A stretch of 64,000 bases of DNA from Macrostomum lignano (lineage: Eukaryota): contig NIVC01002536.1 of NCBI GenBank assembly GCA_002269645.1, positions 1-64,000 of the forward strand, given 5' to 3'. Each line of letters opens with the position of its first letter. Within the stretch, counting starts at the first letter, position 1. Under the pieces are notes generated by a model that was given only the letters and a program-made list of their open reading frames with translations, searched no databases and was not told the DNA's origin. This document shows positions 21,249 to 31,941 of the stretch, piece after piece. The position numbers were made by a program, and so were the translations under genes.

Positions 21249-24200
21249 ATGCAAAGAAGCACAAGTGTTCCCCTGAATTCATTGAAACTAAAAGAATCAG
21301 TATTGAACTCCATCAATATAGATGATAGTGAGAAAAGAGAAAATGTTGAAAATTGCAGCAAAGAATTAATAGAGGAATCCAATGAACCCTATAGTAGTAA
21401 TGGGTTATATATTTCTGATGATAAACTAGATAGAGCTTCAAGACCAAAAGAATATGCTCCAGCATCTAATCAAGATATAGGTAAGTTTTATAATTATAGT
21501 TTTGTTTTTAAATATTTTCCAAAAATTAAAATCTACATGCAAAAAGGTAATATATTATACTAAAAACTTGTTGTTTTTGGTAGATAGGTGGGTATGCATT
21601 AAATCATGAGTCTAGTTCTTATATATTTTGAACATTTGTCATAGCCTATAAAATAAGAGGCCCTGAAGTATTAAAAAAGATATTTTGCAATATAAAAAGT
21701 TAGAAGTTGTTTGAATTTGACTGTTTTTAGATTATTTTTAATAATAAAAAATAATATTAATAATTGTAAAAAGAATGTAATATGCATTTAAATTTTTTTC
21801 TAAGTATATACCCTTGCTTGAGATTCACCCATATAAGTTTAAAATTGCATTGCTGATAATTCTAGTGAATTTGACACCTTTATTAGAATAAATTTATTCT
21901 ATAGATAGGAAATAGATTAGTGCAGGTCTCGGCTAAAGAACATATGGCAAATTCAAACAGTTATGATAAGCAAATTAGAGTAACAAATTTCAATATGACG
22001 AAGCATCATTGCCTATTAAAGAGTGCATTGTTACTCTCACCGATTACCTATTTTCATCAGGCAGGAACACCCGCAGCTGCTCTGTGCATGCGATCAGCGC
22101 TGCAGCAGCTCAACAGCAGCAGCCTCTGCCATTGCAAGCTTTGCCAGCCAAAATTCGGGCCAGCAGCAGCCGTTTAGCCAGTCTTGGCCGATTATTCAAG
22201 CCATGGAAATGGCGCAAACGACGGGACAAAGATCCACCCGGTGAGGTCCCCTGCGGTGAGTGAGTTCATCGTGCCTGATTAGATCGAATTTCACACTCAT
22301 CTGGAATCAGTCTGATCTTTCCCAATTCCCATTGGCAACTGTAACCCGATAATGACATCCAATGGCCACGCCCTCAAATCATCTTTATTTCGGTTCCACC
22401 CACATCGTCTGTTTTCCCATCCCAGTTTGGCAGATATAAATTTTCTATTTGACTTAATTGTGCTTGGAAGTAAAGTATTTCTTCTACTTTAAGTAGCAGA
22501 GAAAGCTGATTGTTGCGCGATTTGTTTTAAATAAAGTTTACAACAAGCAGTTTCTGCCTGATGCAATTGGTAATTCTGTATACGACACACAATCCAACTC
22601 CAGTCGGGGACATATGCTGTTATTTTGAACTGAGGCCAGCTATGAAAATGCGCACAATATCCCACATCCCATTCCTTGGCTAACATGCAATCCTGACCCG
22701 GATTGTCTATCTCTCCACCCCCTGTAAGTAGTATGTTAGAGTTTTTTTCTATTATTTAATTGCGCATAATTAAAGCATTGGTTCTACTTGAAGTAGCAGA
22801 CAGCGCTGATTGTTGCGCGATTTAAAAAAAATTCTATACAGTAGGTAAGTATAACAACCAACTTAGATGGCGAGTTATTGACTAGTTTCGATACAGATAT
22901 ATTTACTCTCGCCTTATACTCGATTGTGTGAGTGTAACTGATAGGAGATGTTGGCATTTTACACTTAATTTTGAATTTCTTGACTCGTTACCATTCCTAG
23001 ATTCGATGGATAATTAGTGGGTGGATAATAGCCGTCTCACCAGTTCAATTCTCTACTTCACTTTCTGTACTCTGATTCTGTATGTAGATACCCACGCACA
23101 CGCAACACAGATACATACATTTCCGTTGTCTCAGCTGTCCTGTCCCTGTTCGCGCACACGTGGGTGGGGTTAGCTACCGGGACAGATCGATATAGCCAGA
23201 GAAGAGACCCGTACTACTGTAGGACAGAGCTACGTTTATGCTACATTATGATCGGCGCCTCGGCACACGTGTTATCTGTGCAATGCTGCCCTGCTTCTTA
23301 CCCAATGCCCGATCTGAACACAACAGCCTTTTTCATAGGCAAAATCTGTACTGCCGCATGCATAGCAAAATGGTGCAAGAGTACATTGTAAAATACCGAA
23401 CACCCACCCACTCACCCACCTTTACCTAGATGTCTTCCCCTGCTCTCTCTTTCTCTCTCTCTCTCTGCTCTTGAGCAAATCCTTAGTTTTATATACCTTT
23501 GGATTATTTTCTCAACCCCAGCCCTAAACCCCCCTGTCCGTTTTATATTGATCTTGAATCGCTGGAGTTCCCTCCTTAACGAATCCACCCACAATCCCCA
23601 TATAAGTATTATTCACCCAAATTCTGTAGCTCTGCCTCCTCCGCATTTCGCTTTCATTTCGCCTCAAGCATTATAATGTGATTTTTATTTAGTAAAGCAC
23701 CTCCAAAGGAAAGATTCCCAAAGCAGAAATGCTCAAATAGGTATCAATCCAGCTCTTAGTGGCTAATGCTGAAATTCTTCAGAAATCTTTTCCCAAGCCT
23801 GGCCAAGTCCAAAAGTTTCGAACAGCTGCTGAATCTTGATGTCGGTATGATAATGCATAATTCGCTAGTATTGTTTATTTATTCGTTATAAACACCTTAT
23901 GCCTACTGGGTTTGGCTGCTTAGTAGTATTCAAGTGTTTATATACATGTATGTGATTTGTTATAGAAAAGCAAGGTTTGCAACAAAGTTTTACTGATTTG
24001 CTTTGGCACCTTTGTCAGGTCTATAGCTAATTTGCTTTGTTCCAAACCCATATGTCTGACACCTAATCCCATAGTTCTTGTGACTTCATGACCCAATCCC
24101 ATAGTTCTTGTGACTTCATGACCCAATCCCATGATTCTTGTGACTTCATGACCCAATCCCATGATTCTTGTGACTTCATGACCCAATCCCATGATTCTTG

Positions 24201-27200
24201 TGACTTCATGACCCAATCCCATGATTCTTGTGACTTCATGACCCAATCCCATGATTCTTGTGACTTCATGACCCAATCCCATGATTCTTGTGACTTCATG
24301 ACCCAATCCCATGGTTCTTGTGACTTCATGACCCAATCCCATGATTCTTGTGACTTCATGACCCAATCCCATGATTCTTGTGACTTCATGACCCAATCCC
24401 ATGGTTCTTGTGACTTCATGACCCAATCCCATAGTTCTTGTGACTTCATGGCCCAATCCCATGGTTCTTGTGACTTCATGACCCAATCCCATGATTCTTG
24501 TGACTTCATGACCCAATCCCATGATTCTTGTGACTTCATGACCCAATCCCATGGTTCTTGTGACTTCATGGCCCAATCCCATGGTTCTTGTGACTTTATG
24601 ACTCAATCCCATGGTTCTTGTGACTTCATGACCCAATCCCATGATTCTTGTGACTTCACGACCCAATCCCATGATTCTTGTGACTTCATGACCCAATCCC
24701 ATGATTCTTGTGACTTCATGACCCAATCCCATGATTCTTGTCACTTCATGACCCAATCCCATGATTCTTGTGACTTCATGACCCAATCCCATGATTCTTG
24801 TGACTTTATGACTCAATCCCATGGTTCTTGTGACTTCATGACCCAATCCCATGATTCTTGTGACTTCATGACCCAATCCCATGGTTCTTGTGACTTCATG
24901 GCCCAATCCCATGGTTCTTGTGACTTCATGACCCAATCCCATGATTCTTGTGACTTCATGACCCAATCCCATGATTCTTGTGACTTCATGACCCAATCCC
25001 ATGGTTCTTGTGACTTCATGGCCCAATCCCATGGTTCTTGTGACTTCATGACCCAATCCCATGATTCTTGTGACTTTATGACTCAATCCCATGATTCTTG
25101 TGACTTCATGACCCAATCCCATGGTTCTTGTGACTTTCTGACCCAATCCCATGATTCTTGTGACTTCATGACCCAATCCCATGGTTCTTGTGACTTTCTG
25201 ACCCAATCCCATGATTCTTGTGACTTTATGACTCAATCCCATGGTTCTTGTGACTTCATGATCCAATGATCCAGCTGACACAATCCCATGGCTGACACAT
25301 GACCCTGACCCAATCCCATAGCTGACACATGACCCTGACCCAATCCCATAGCTGAAACATGACCCTGACCGAATCCCATAGCTGACACATGACCCTGACC
25401 CAATCCCATAGCTGACACATGACCCTGACCCAATCCCATAGCTGACACATTACCCTGACCCAATCCCATAGCTGAAACATGACCCTGACCCAATCCCATA
25501 GCTGAAACATGACCCTGACCGAATCCCATAGCTGACACATGACCCTGACCCAATTCCATAGCTGACACATGACCCTGACCCAATCCCATAGCTGACACAT
25601 GACCCTGACCCAATCCTATAGCTGACACATGACCCTGACCCAATCTTATAGCTGACACATGACCCTGACCCAATCCCATAGCTGACACATGACCCTGACC
25701 CAATCCTATAGCTGACACATGACCCTGACCCAATCCCATAGCTGACACATGACCCTGACCCAATCCCATAGCTGACACATGACCCTGACCCAATCCCATA
25801 GCTGACACATGACCCTGACCCAATCCCATAGCTGACACATTACCCTGACCCAATCCCATAGCTGAAACATGACCCTGACCCAATCCCATAGCTGAAACAT
25901 GACCCTGACCGAATCCCATAGCTGACACATGACCCTGACCCAATTCCATAGCTGACACATGACCCTGACCCAATCCCATAGCTGACACATGACCCTGACC
26001 CAATCCCATAGCTGACACCGTAAGCAAAGATCTGTATAATTTTACGCTAAATGTTATCACAAACTATTTTTGCAAGGTTTTGGATAGTTGATAAAAATAT
26101 AAAACCAACGCGTACTCGTGCCCTGGGACTGACGAGTCCGAACTCAGCATCTGCACTGTTGCTTAAGAATGCTCTCTTTAAGTACATTCTGATCTGATAT
26201 GAAGCTCTTGTAAGTAAAATTTCCATGCAGCTACTCCAACTGTAAATATGATTTATCCGTTCGGAACCGTTTTGCCGCTTCCCACCAACAGTTTCATATG
26301 GTTTTCTGGTTTCAATAATTTCTACTAATTCATCAGCTGTTTGAACTGCTAATCGAAGTAGTAAATCATCTGTTAATTTTTTTACTGCCCCACCCTGTTG
26401 TGCCAGAAGAAGCAACAGCGGCAGCGAACCCTGTCGGCACAGATTCTGCAGACTCCGAGCGGCCCAGTGGAGGCCAGACAGAAGCAGACGGGATTGCTTC
26501 TGATAATTTAGCAGAATCTGCAACTTCTACGCCTGATACGGCCACGAAGCTGCAGCAGCAGCAGGCTATAAGTGAGCAAATAGATATGTCGCAGACAGGT
26601 TTGTTTTCGATTTTTTGCTTTTTCTGAGTCCAATTTACTAACAAAGATGTCAACCTTTTTGTAACTGTTGGGCTGTTAAATTCTGCTTTCAGAGCCTGTG
26701 CCAAAGCAGCCGGTGCTGCAACATCCGGCAAAAGCCTTTGGCGGCGTGGCCGTCTTGCCGCCGCTGCCGCCACCTAAGCCTCGAACTACGGGAACTGGTG
26801 AGAGGATTTGGGATCAAGAAGGATCTGGGATCAAGAAGGATCTGGGATCAAGAAGGATCTGGGATCAAGAAGGATCTGGGACCAAGAAGGATCTGGGATC
26901 AAGAAGGATCTGTAAAAACTGAAATCCCTGGGGACTGCAAGTAACAAGAATGAACCTGGCTCAGTGTTTCCAAACCTTCTCTCCAACTGTTTCGTCAGCT
27001 GCAGCAGCAAAAGCAGAAGCAGCATCAGCAGTTTCTGCCACTGCCAATCTACAAGCCGAACTCGCGTCTCGAATCAGGCCTTCGCCGTCGCCTCCCGCGA
27101 CAAAAGCGCCGGAAACGAAATCCGATTCAGCAGTTGTCGCCGCCGTTGCCGTCGACACGACGAATGCCGATGCAAACGTCGATCCGGGCAGCGGCGATCG

Positions 27201-29305
27201 GTTCTACGACGATGTACCCAACGAGGACGAAGCATCGAAGCCGGCAGCGGCGGCGGCGGCTTCCCCGGCGTCACGACGGCAGTCTCAGCCAGCGCCGCCA
27301 CCAACTGCCGCCGCTGTCCCCGCAGCAGTTGTCGGCCGCTACGAACGGGTGCCAGCCAAGGAGCCGGCCGACCCCAGCTGCCGGCCCGCCCGCGGCATCA
27401 TCAGGCGACCCGGCGGCGGTGGCCCCGCGCGGCCCGTCACCGTGAGGCACCGACCACCGACGCCGCCGACCTCAGACGAGGAGGAGGAGGGGCTGCCCGA
27501 ACGCAGAGACGCCGCAGCATCATCAGACCTGGCCGCCAGAGTTCGTCGACGCGATTCGATGGCTCGTTTCTTAGAAAACAAACAGCGGGAGCGCCAGCAG
27601 ACCCTGTCGCTGCGTCGGGTGCCGTCAGATCAGAGGAAAGAGGAGCGCACGAAGATTGGCAACGCGTTGGAGCGGCGGCTGAGCCTGCGGCCGAGTCCGA
27701 CCGACCTGCAGGACCGCAATATTCTGCACGACAAGTCCGAGGCGGCGTTGGAGACTGAGAAGCAACAGAAGATCCGATTTCTAACTAGAAAGCTGAGCTT
27801 CAGGCCGACTGTGCAGGAGTTGCGCGAGAAACGAATCATAAGGTTTAACGACTACGTTGAGGTTACCAATACTGAGGAGTACGACAGAGTCATTGACAAG
27901 CCGTGGACCCGGCTGTCGGGCACTGACAAGGTTTGTACTGTCTGCTCTGGACTGTCTCATCTCACGTGCTGTGTCTCACTTGATAATTTCATCTCACCTG
28001 CCTGTTTCTCACTTGATAATTTCATCTCACCTGCCTGTTTCTCACTTGATAATTTCATCTCACCTGCCTGTTTCTCACTTGATAATTTCATCTCACCTGC
28101 CTGTTTCTCACTTGATAATTTCATCTCACCTGTTTGTTTCTCGCTTGATAATTTCATCTCACCTCTGCCTGTTTCCCGCTTGATAATCTCATCTAACCTG
28201 TTTGTTTCTCATCTGATAATCGCATCTCACACCTGCTTGTTTCTCACTTGATAATCTCATCTCACCTGCCTGTTTCACACTTGATAATCTCATCTCAAAC
28301 CTGCCTGTTTCATACTTGATAATCTCATCTCACACCTGTCTGTTTCTTACTCGATAATCTCATCTCACACCTTGCTTGTTTCTCACTTGATAATCTCATC
28401 TCAAACCTGCCTGTTTCACACTTGATAATCTGATCTCACACCTGTCTGTATCTTACTCGATAATCTCATCTCAGACCTGCTTCTTTCACACTTGATAATC
28501 TCATCTCACATCTGTCTGTTTCTTACTCGATAATCTAATCTCAGACCTGCTTCTTTCACACTTGATAATCTCATCTCACATCTGTCTGTTTCTTACTCGA
28601 TAATCTCATCTCAGACCTGCTTCTTTCACACTTGATAATCTCATCTCACATCTCTCTGTTTCTTACTCGATAATCTCATCTCAGACCCGCTTCTTTCACA
28701 CTTGATAATCTCATCTCACATCTGTCTGTTTCTTACTCGATAATCTCATCTCAGACCTGCTTCTTTCACACTAGATAATCTCATCTCACATCTGTCTGTT
28801 TCTTACTCGATAATCTCATCTCAGACCCGCTTCTTTCACACTTGATAATCTCATCTCACATCTGTCTGTTTCTTACTCGATAATCTCATCTCAGACCCGC
28901 TTCTTTCACACTTGATAATCTCATCTCACATCTGTCTGTTTCTTACTCGATAATCTTATCTCAGACCCGCTTCTTTCACACTTGATAATCTCATCTCACA
29001 TCTGTCTGTTTCTTACTCGATAATCTCATCTCAGACCCGCTTCTTTCACACTTGATAATCTCATCTCACATCTGTCTGTTTCTTACTCGATAATCTCATC
29101 TCAGACCTGCTTCTTTCACACTTGATAATCTCATCTCACATCTGTCTGTTTCTTACTCGATAATCTCATCTCAGACCTGCTTCTTTCACACTTGATAATC
29201 TGCACCCCGCAGGCCCGCATTCGGAAGGAGCTGAATGACTTCAAAGCAAACGAGATGCCGGTGCACGAGGAAAGCAAACGATTCACGCGCTTTCACAAGC
29301 CCTGA
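21249..29305 (+). CDS. PHACTR: Phosphatase and actin regulator (RPEL-repeat protein), 6 exons
   Basis: Exons 21249-21480 (less certain), 22061-22240, 26407-26598, 26693-26797, 26999-27930, 29213-29305; phases 1/1/1/1/0 fit. Motifs LGRLFKPWKWRK, RPEL repeats (LERRLSLRPSPTDLQDRNIL, LTRKLSFRPTVQELREKRII), C-terminus IRKELNDFKANEMPVHEESKRFTRFHKP. Confidence 0.92.
24063..25265. repeat. 30-bp minisatellite A, ~40 copies (ACCCAATCCCATGATTCTTGTGACTTCATG)
   Basis: PHACTR intron 2; directly visible. Confidence 0.95.
25285..26017. repeat. 30-bp minisatellite B, ~24 copies (GCTGACACATGACCCTGACCCAATCCCATA)
   Basis: Abuts array A; variant CAATTCCATA recurs at 25551 and 25941 (390-bp higher-order duplication). 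Confidence 0.95.
26808..26912. repeat. 17-bp minisatellite x6 (GGGATCAAGAAGGATCT)
   Basis: PHACTR intron 4. Confidence 0.9.
27975..29200. repeat. 33-bp minisatellite grading into a 70-bp dimeric unit
   Basis: PHACTR last intron; monomer CTTGATAATTTCATCTCACCTGCCTGTTTCTCA, then 70-bp period (e.g. 28561, 28631). Confidence 0.9.
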
Positions 29306-30670
29306 TCCGCAATGGCTATTCAAATACGGAGAGAAGTTAACACGCTACTAACTTTACTACTGCACAAGTAGCGTATGTAGCATATTGCGCTTGTTGAGTA
29401 TTACATTTTTATCTATTAAAATTTTCCCATTTGTTCCGTTTAATAAAATTCCACGGATTTCCAAGAAACCAACTTTTTTGTTCTCCCAATTGGAGCTTTT
29501 CTTTGTCTCCTAGGTAACCGCGATTACGATAACAAATTGATAAAGTATTGCATTATGGTTTTGGCTTGTGCGTGTACCTTTTACTAAACTTTTGCTTGGA
29601 TTTTTTCAACTCTGTTGCAGAAGCAGAATTTATTTGGGACTCGATTAAAAGAATAAGAAGTACAATTTTGTGTTGGCTGTGCTTTTTGTTGTGCAATGAT
29701 AAATTTCCATGTTGGCTGCGTGCTTTTCTGTAAGTAGAGTTGGATAACCATTTATGAAACAATTAATTTTTGCAGAGCCTTTCGAACTCTTAACAGTTGC
29801 TGTGGTTTATTTTTGTTCATACGCATACATTTGCTCTAGTCATTGCTACCCATGTACTAATATAGTTTTTTTAGATTTACACATATATATCATAAAATGT
29901 ATACTAAAATCATGCTAACTACTAAGTAAGTAGCAAGATTTGTGCTTTAATTTTTTTTCAATTTCTGCGCCCATGCACGACTGTCTGGATCTGGATTCAA
30001 AACCGAAAGCTTGTTTAAAAATTTTACTCTCTAGTCCTGGCGCCTAAACAATTGCTTTTTTACAACTGACAAAGCTGTTCTCTCGAGTAATTACAGACTG
30101 ACTCATTAACGTAAAATATGCTATTTTATCGTGTGCTTTCTTAAATAAAGAAACTATATCGGCACTTGTATTAAACTGGTCGTTTACATTATATTATTAT
30201 TATTAATTCAATTAATTATTAAAGAATTATTCAACCCCTCTAATCCAACTTCTGAGGTTGACCTATATTTCAAGTGTTGTATTGTTCTTTCCTACCAAAA
30301 CGACTCGTACAATTTAAATAAATTTAACCATTACTAAAATTGACCACTTTTTGGATAGAAATTGACTTTGAAATGACACATACTGATGTGTCTAATTTAC
30401 TACATTTATCAGTATAACAAATTTGCTCATAATTTATTGCCACTCGCTATGCAAAATAAAGCAAGGGAAACAAGCAAAGGTTAATTAGAAGAGCCAACAG
30501 ATCAAATTGGTTTGCATGTATTGCAGTGCATCTGATGGCACATCTAGGAACACTGGTAGCTCATAAGCGCAATAATTTCAATTTACGAGATAAATAATTG
30601 AAGCTCAAATTTGGCTTTCTCTAGTTAGCACAAAGTTGGTGATGTGATTGAGAGTTGGGGTTTACTCAAG

Positions 30671-31812
30671 GTTAGGGATTGGGTTACGGCTACGGTTATG
30701 GCTAGGGCTACGGTTACGGCTAGGGCTAGGGCTATGGCTACGGCTAGGGCTACGACTAGGGATAATGGCGGCTAGGGCTACGACTAGGGCTACGACTAGG
30801 GATAAATTTCTATCCAAAGGCGGCCCAAGCCCGCGGCTCTCCCCTTGCTGCCGCGACATACTGCGCATCTTGGGACGCCTCCCGCCTGGCCATCACGTGA
30901 CCCTGCAATGGATCCCGGGCCACTGCGACCTTCGTCGCAACGATCTCGCCGATGCCACTGCCCGCGCTGCTGCCACCCTTGATCAGACCAACGCACCCCT
31001 GGATCACCGCAGCGCACGCTCTGCCATTCTGGCGACGGCCCACAACGACTTCATCCGATCGTATGAGACAAACGAGCACTGCAGCATCCACCGCACCTGC
31101 ATCAACGGCCGACGACCCAAACAGCAAACCTCCATGAACCGTAAGGACAGAGTCCTGCTAGCCCAACTACGCTCTGGCCACTGCCCGATACTCCGACAGT
31201 ATCGGCACCGCATCGGGCTGGAACCGGAGGCCACCTGCCCGGCCTGCGGGGAGGCCCCGGAGGACCTCAAACACCTGCTCCTGGAATGTCGCGCCACGAC
31301 CGAGACCAGACGACAAATTCTGGGCGAGAACCCGACGCTGGCCATCCTCCACGACGACGGCCCGCGCGCACTGCACTTCCTCCAGGCGGTAGGGGCGCAA
31401 ACCCGCCCCCCGGATATTAACCCGGCCGGGAATTAACAACAACAACAACTAGGGATAATGCTATGGATACGGCTAGGGCTAGGGTTACGGCTAGGGCTAC
31501 GGCTATGGTTACGGCTAGGGCTAGTGTTACGGCTAGGGATAATGCTATGGATACGGCTAGGGCTAGGGTTACGGCTAGGGCTACGGCTAGGCCTGTGATT
31601 ACGGCTAGGGTTCCAGCTAGGGCTAGGGCTAAGGTTACGGCTAAGGTTCCGGCTAGGACTATGGTTACGGCTAGGGCTAGGGCTAGGGCTAAGGTTACGG
31701 CTAAGGTTCCGGCTAGGACTATGGTTACGGCTAGGGCTAGGGCTAGGGCTAAGGTTACGGCTAAGGTTCCGGCTAGGACTATGGTTACGGCTAGGGCTAC
31801 GACTAAAGTTAG
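30671..31812. repeat. Degenerate telomere-like hexamer array (GGCTAG/GGTTAC/GGCTAC) split by a LINE; 60-bp higher-order unit x3 in the right part
   Basis: Hexamer periodicity at 30671-30805 and 31448-31812; lines starting 31621, 31681, 31741 nearly identical. Confidence 0.85.
30806..31447 (+). mobile_element. 5'-truncated non-LTR retrotransposon (RNase H + CCHC C-terminus; I/R1-group-like)
   Basis: LQWIPGHCDLRRNDLADATAR (RNase H C-terminal motif), LAQLRSGH...CPACGEAPEDLKHLLLEC (zinc finger), stop at 31434-6 followed by (AAC)5; TSD ACTAGGGATAA at 30795-30805 and 31448-31458. Confidence 0.9.
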
Positions 31813-31941
31813 GGAGAGCAATTCGCCGAGAAACACTTGGAACTAAGAAAGGGAGACACTCCTTTAGAAAAGATTCTGTCACGTGACAATTGTTTCGCCC
31901 AATAGCGACTTATAGCATGCGCCAATTGCCACAGTTGCACC

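Noticed and set aside
22441-22825. ~85-bp imperfect direct repeats 300 bp apart as LTRs
   Set aside because: No TG...CA ends, PBS/PPT or TSD; more likely an old local duplication.
23938-26060. 447-, 393- and 275-aa repeat ORFs
   Set aside because: Products of the 30-bp arrays within a PHACTR intron.
26047-26523. 158-aa antisense ORF in PHACTR intron 2/exon 3
   Set aside because: Protein-like in appearance but no recognisable motif or splice/expression signals; an ORF of this length is expected by chance in 64 kb.
31417-31882. Hydrophobic (LALAVT) or SR-rich ORFs
   Set aside because: Translations of the telomere-like hexamer array.
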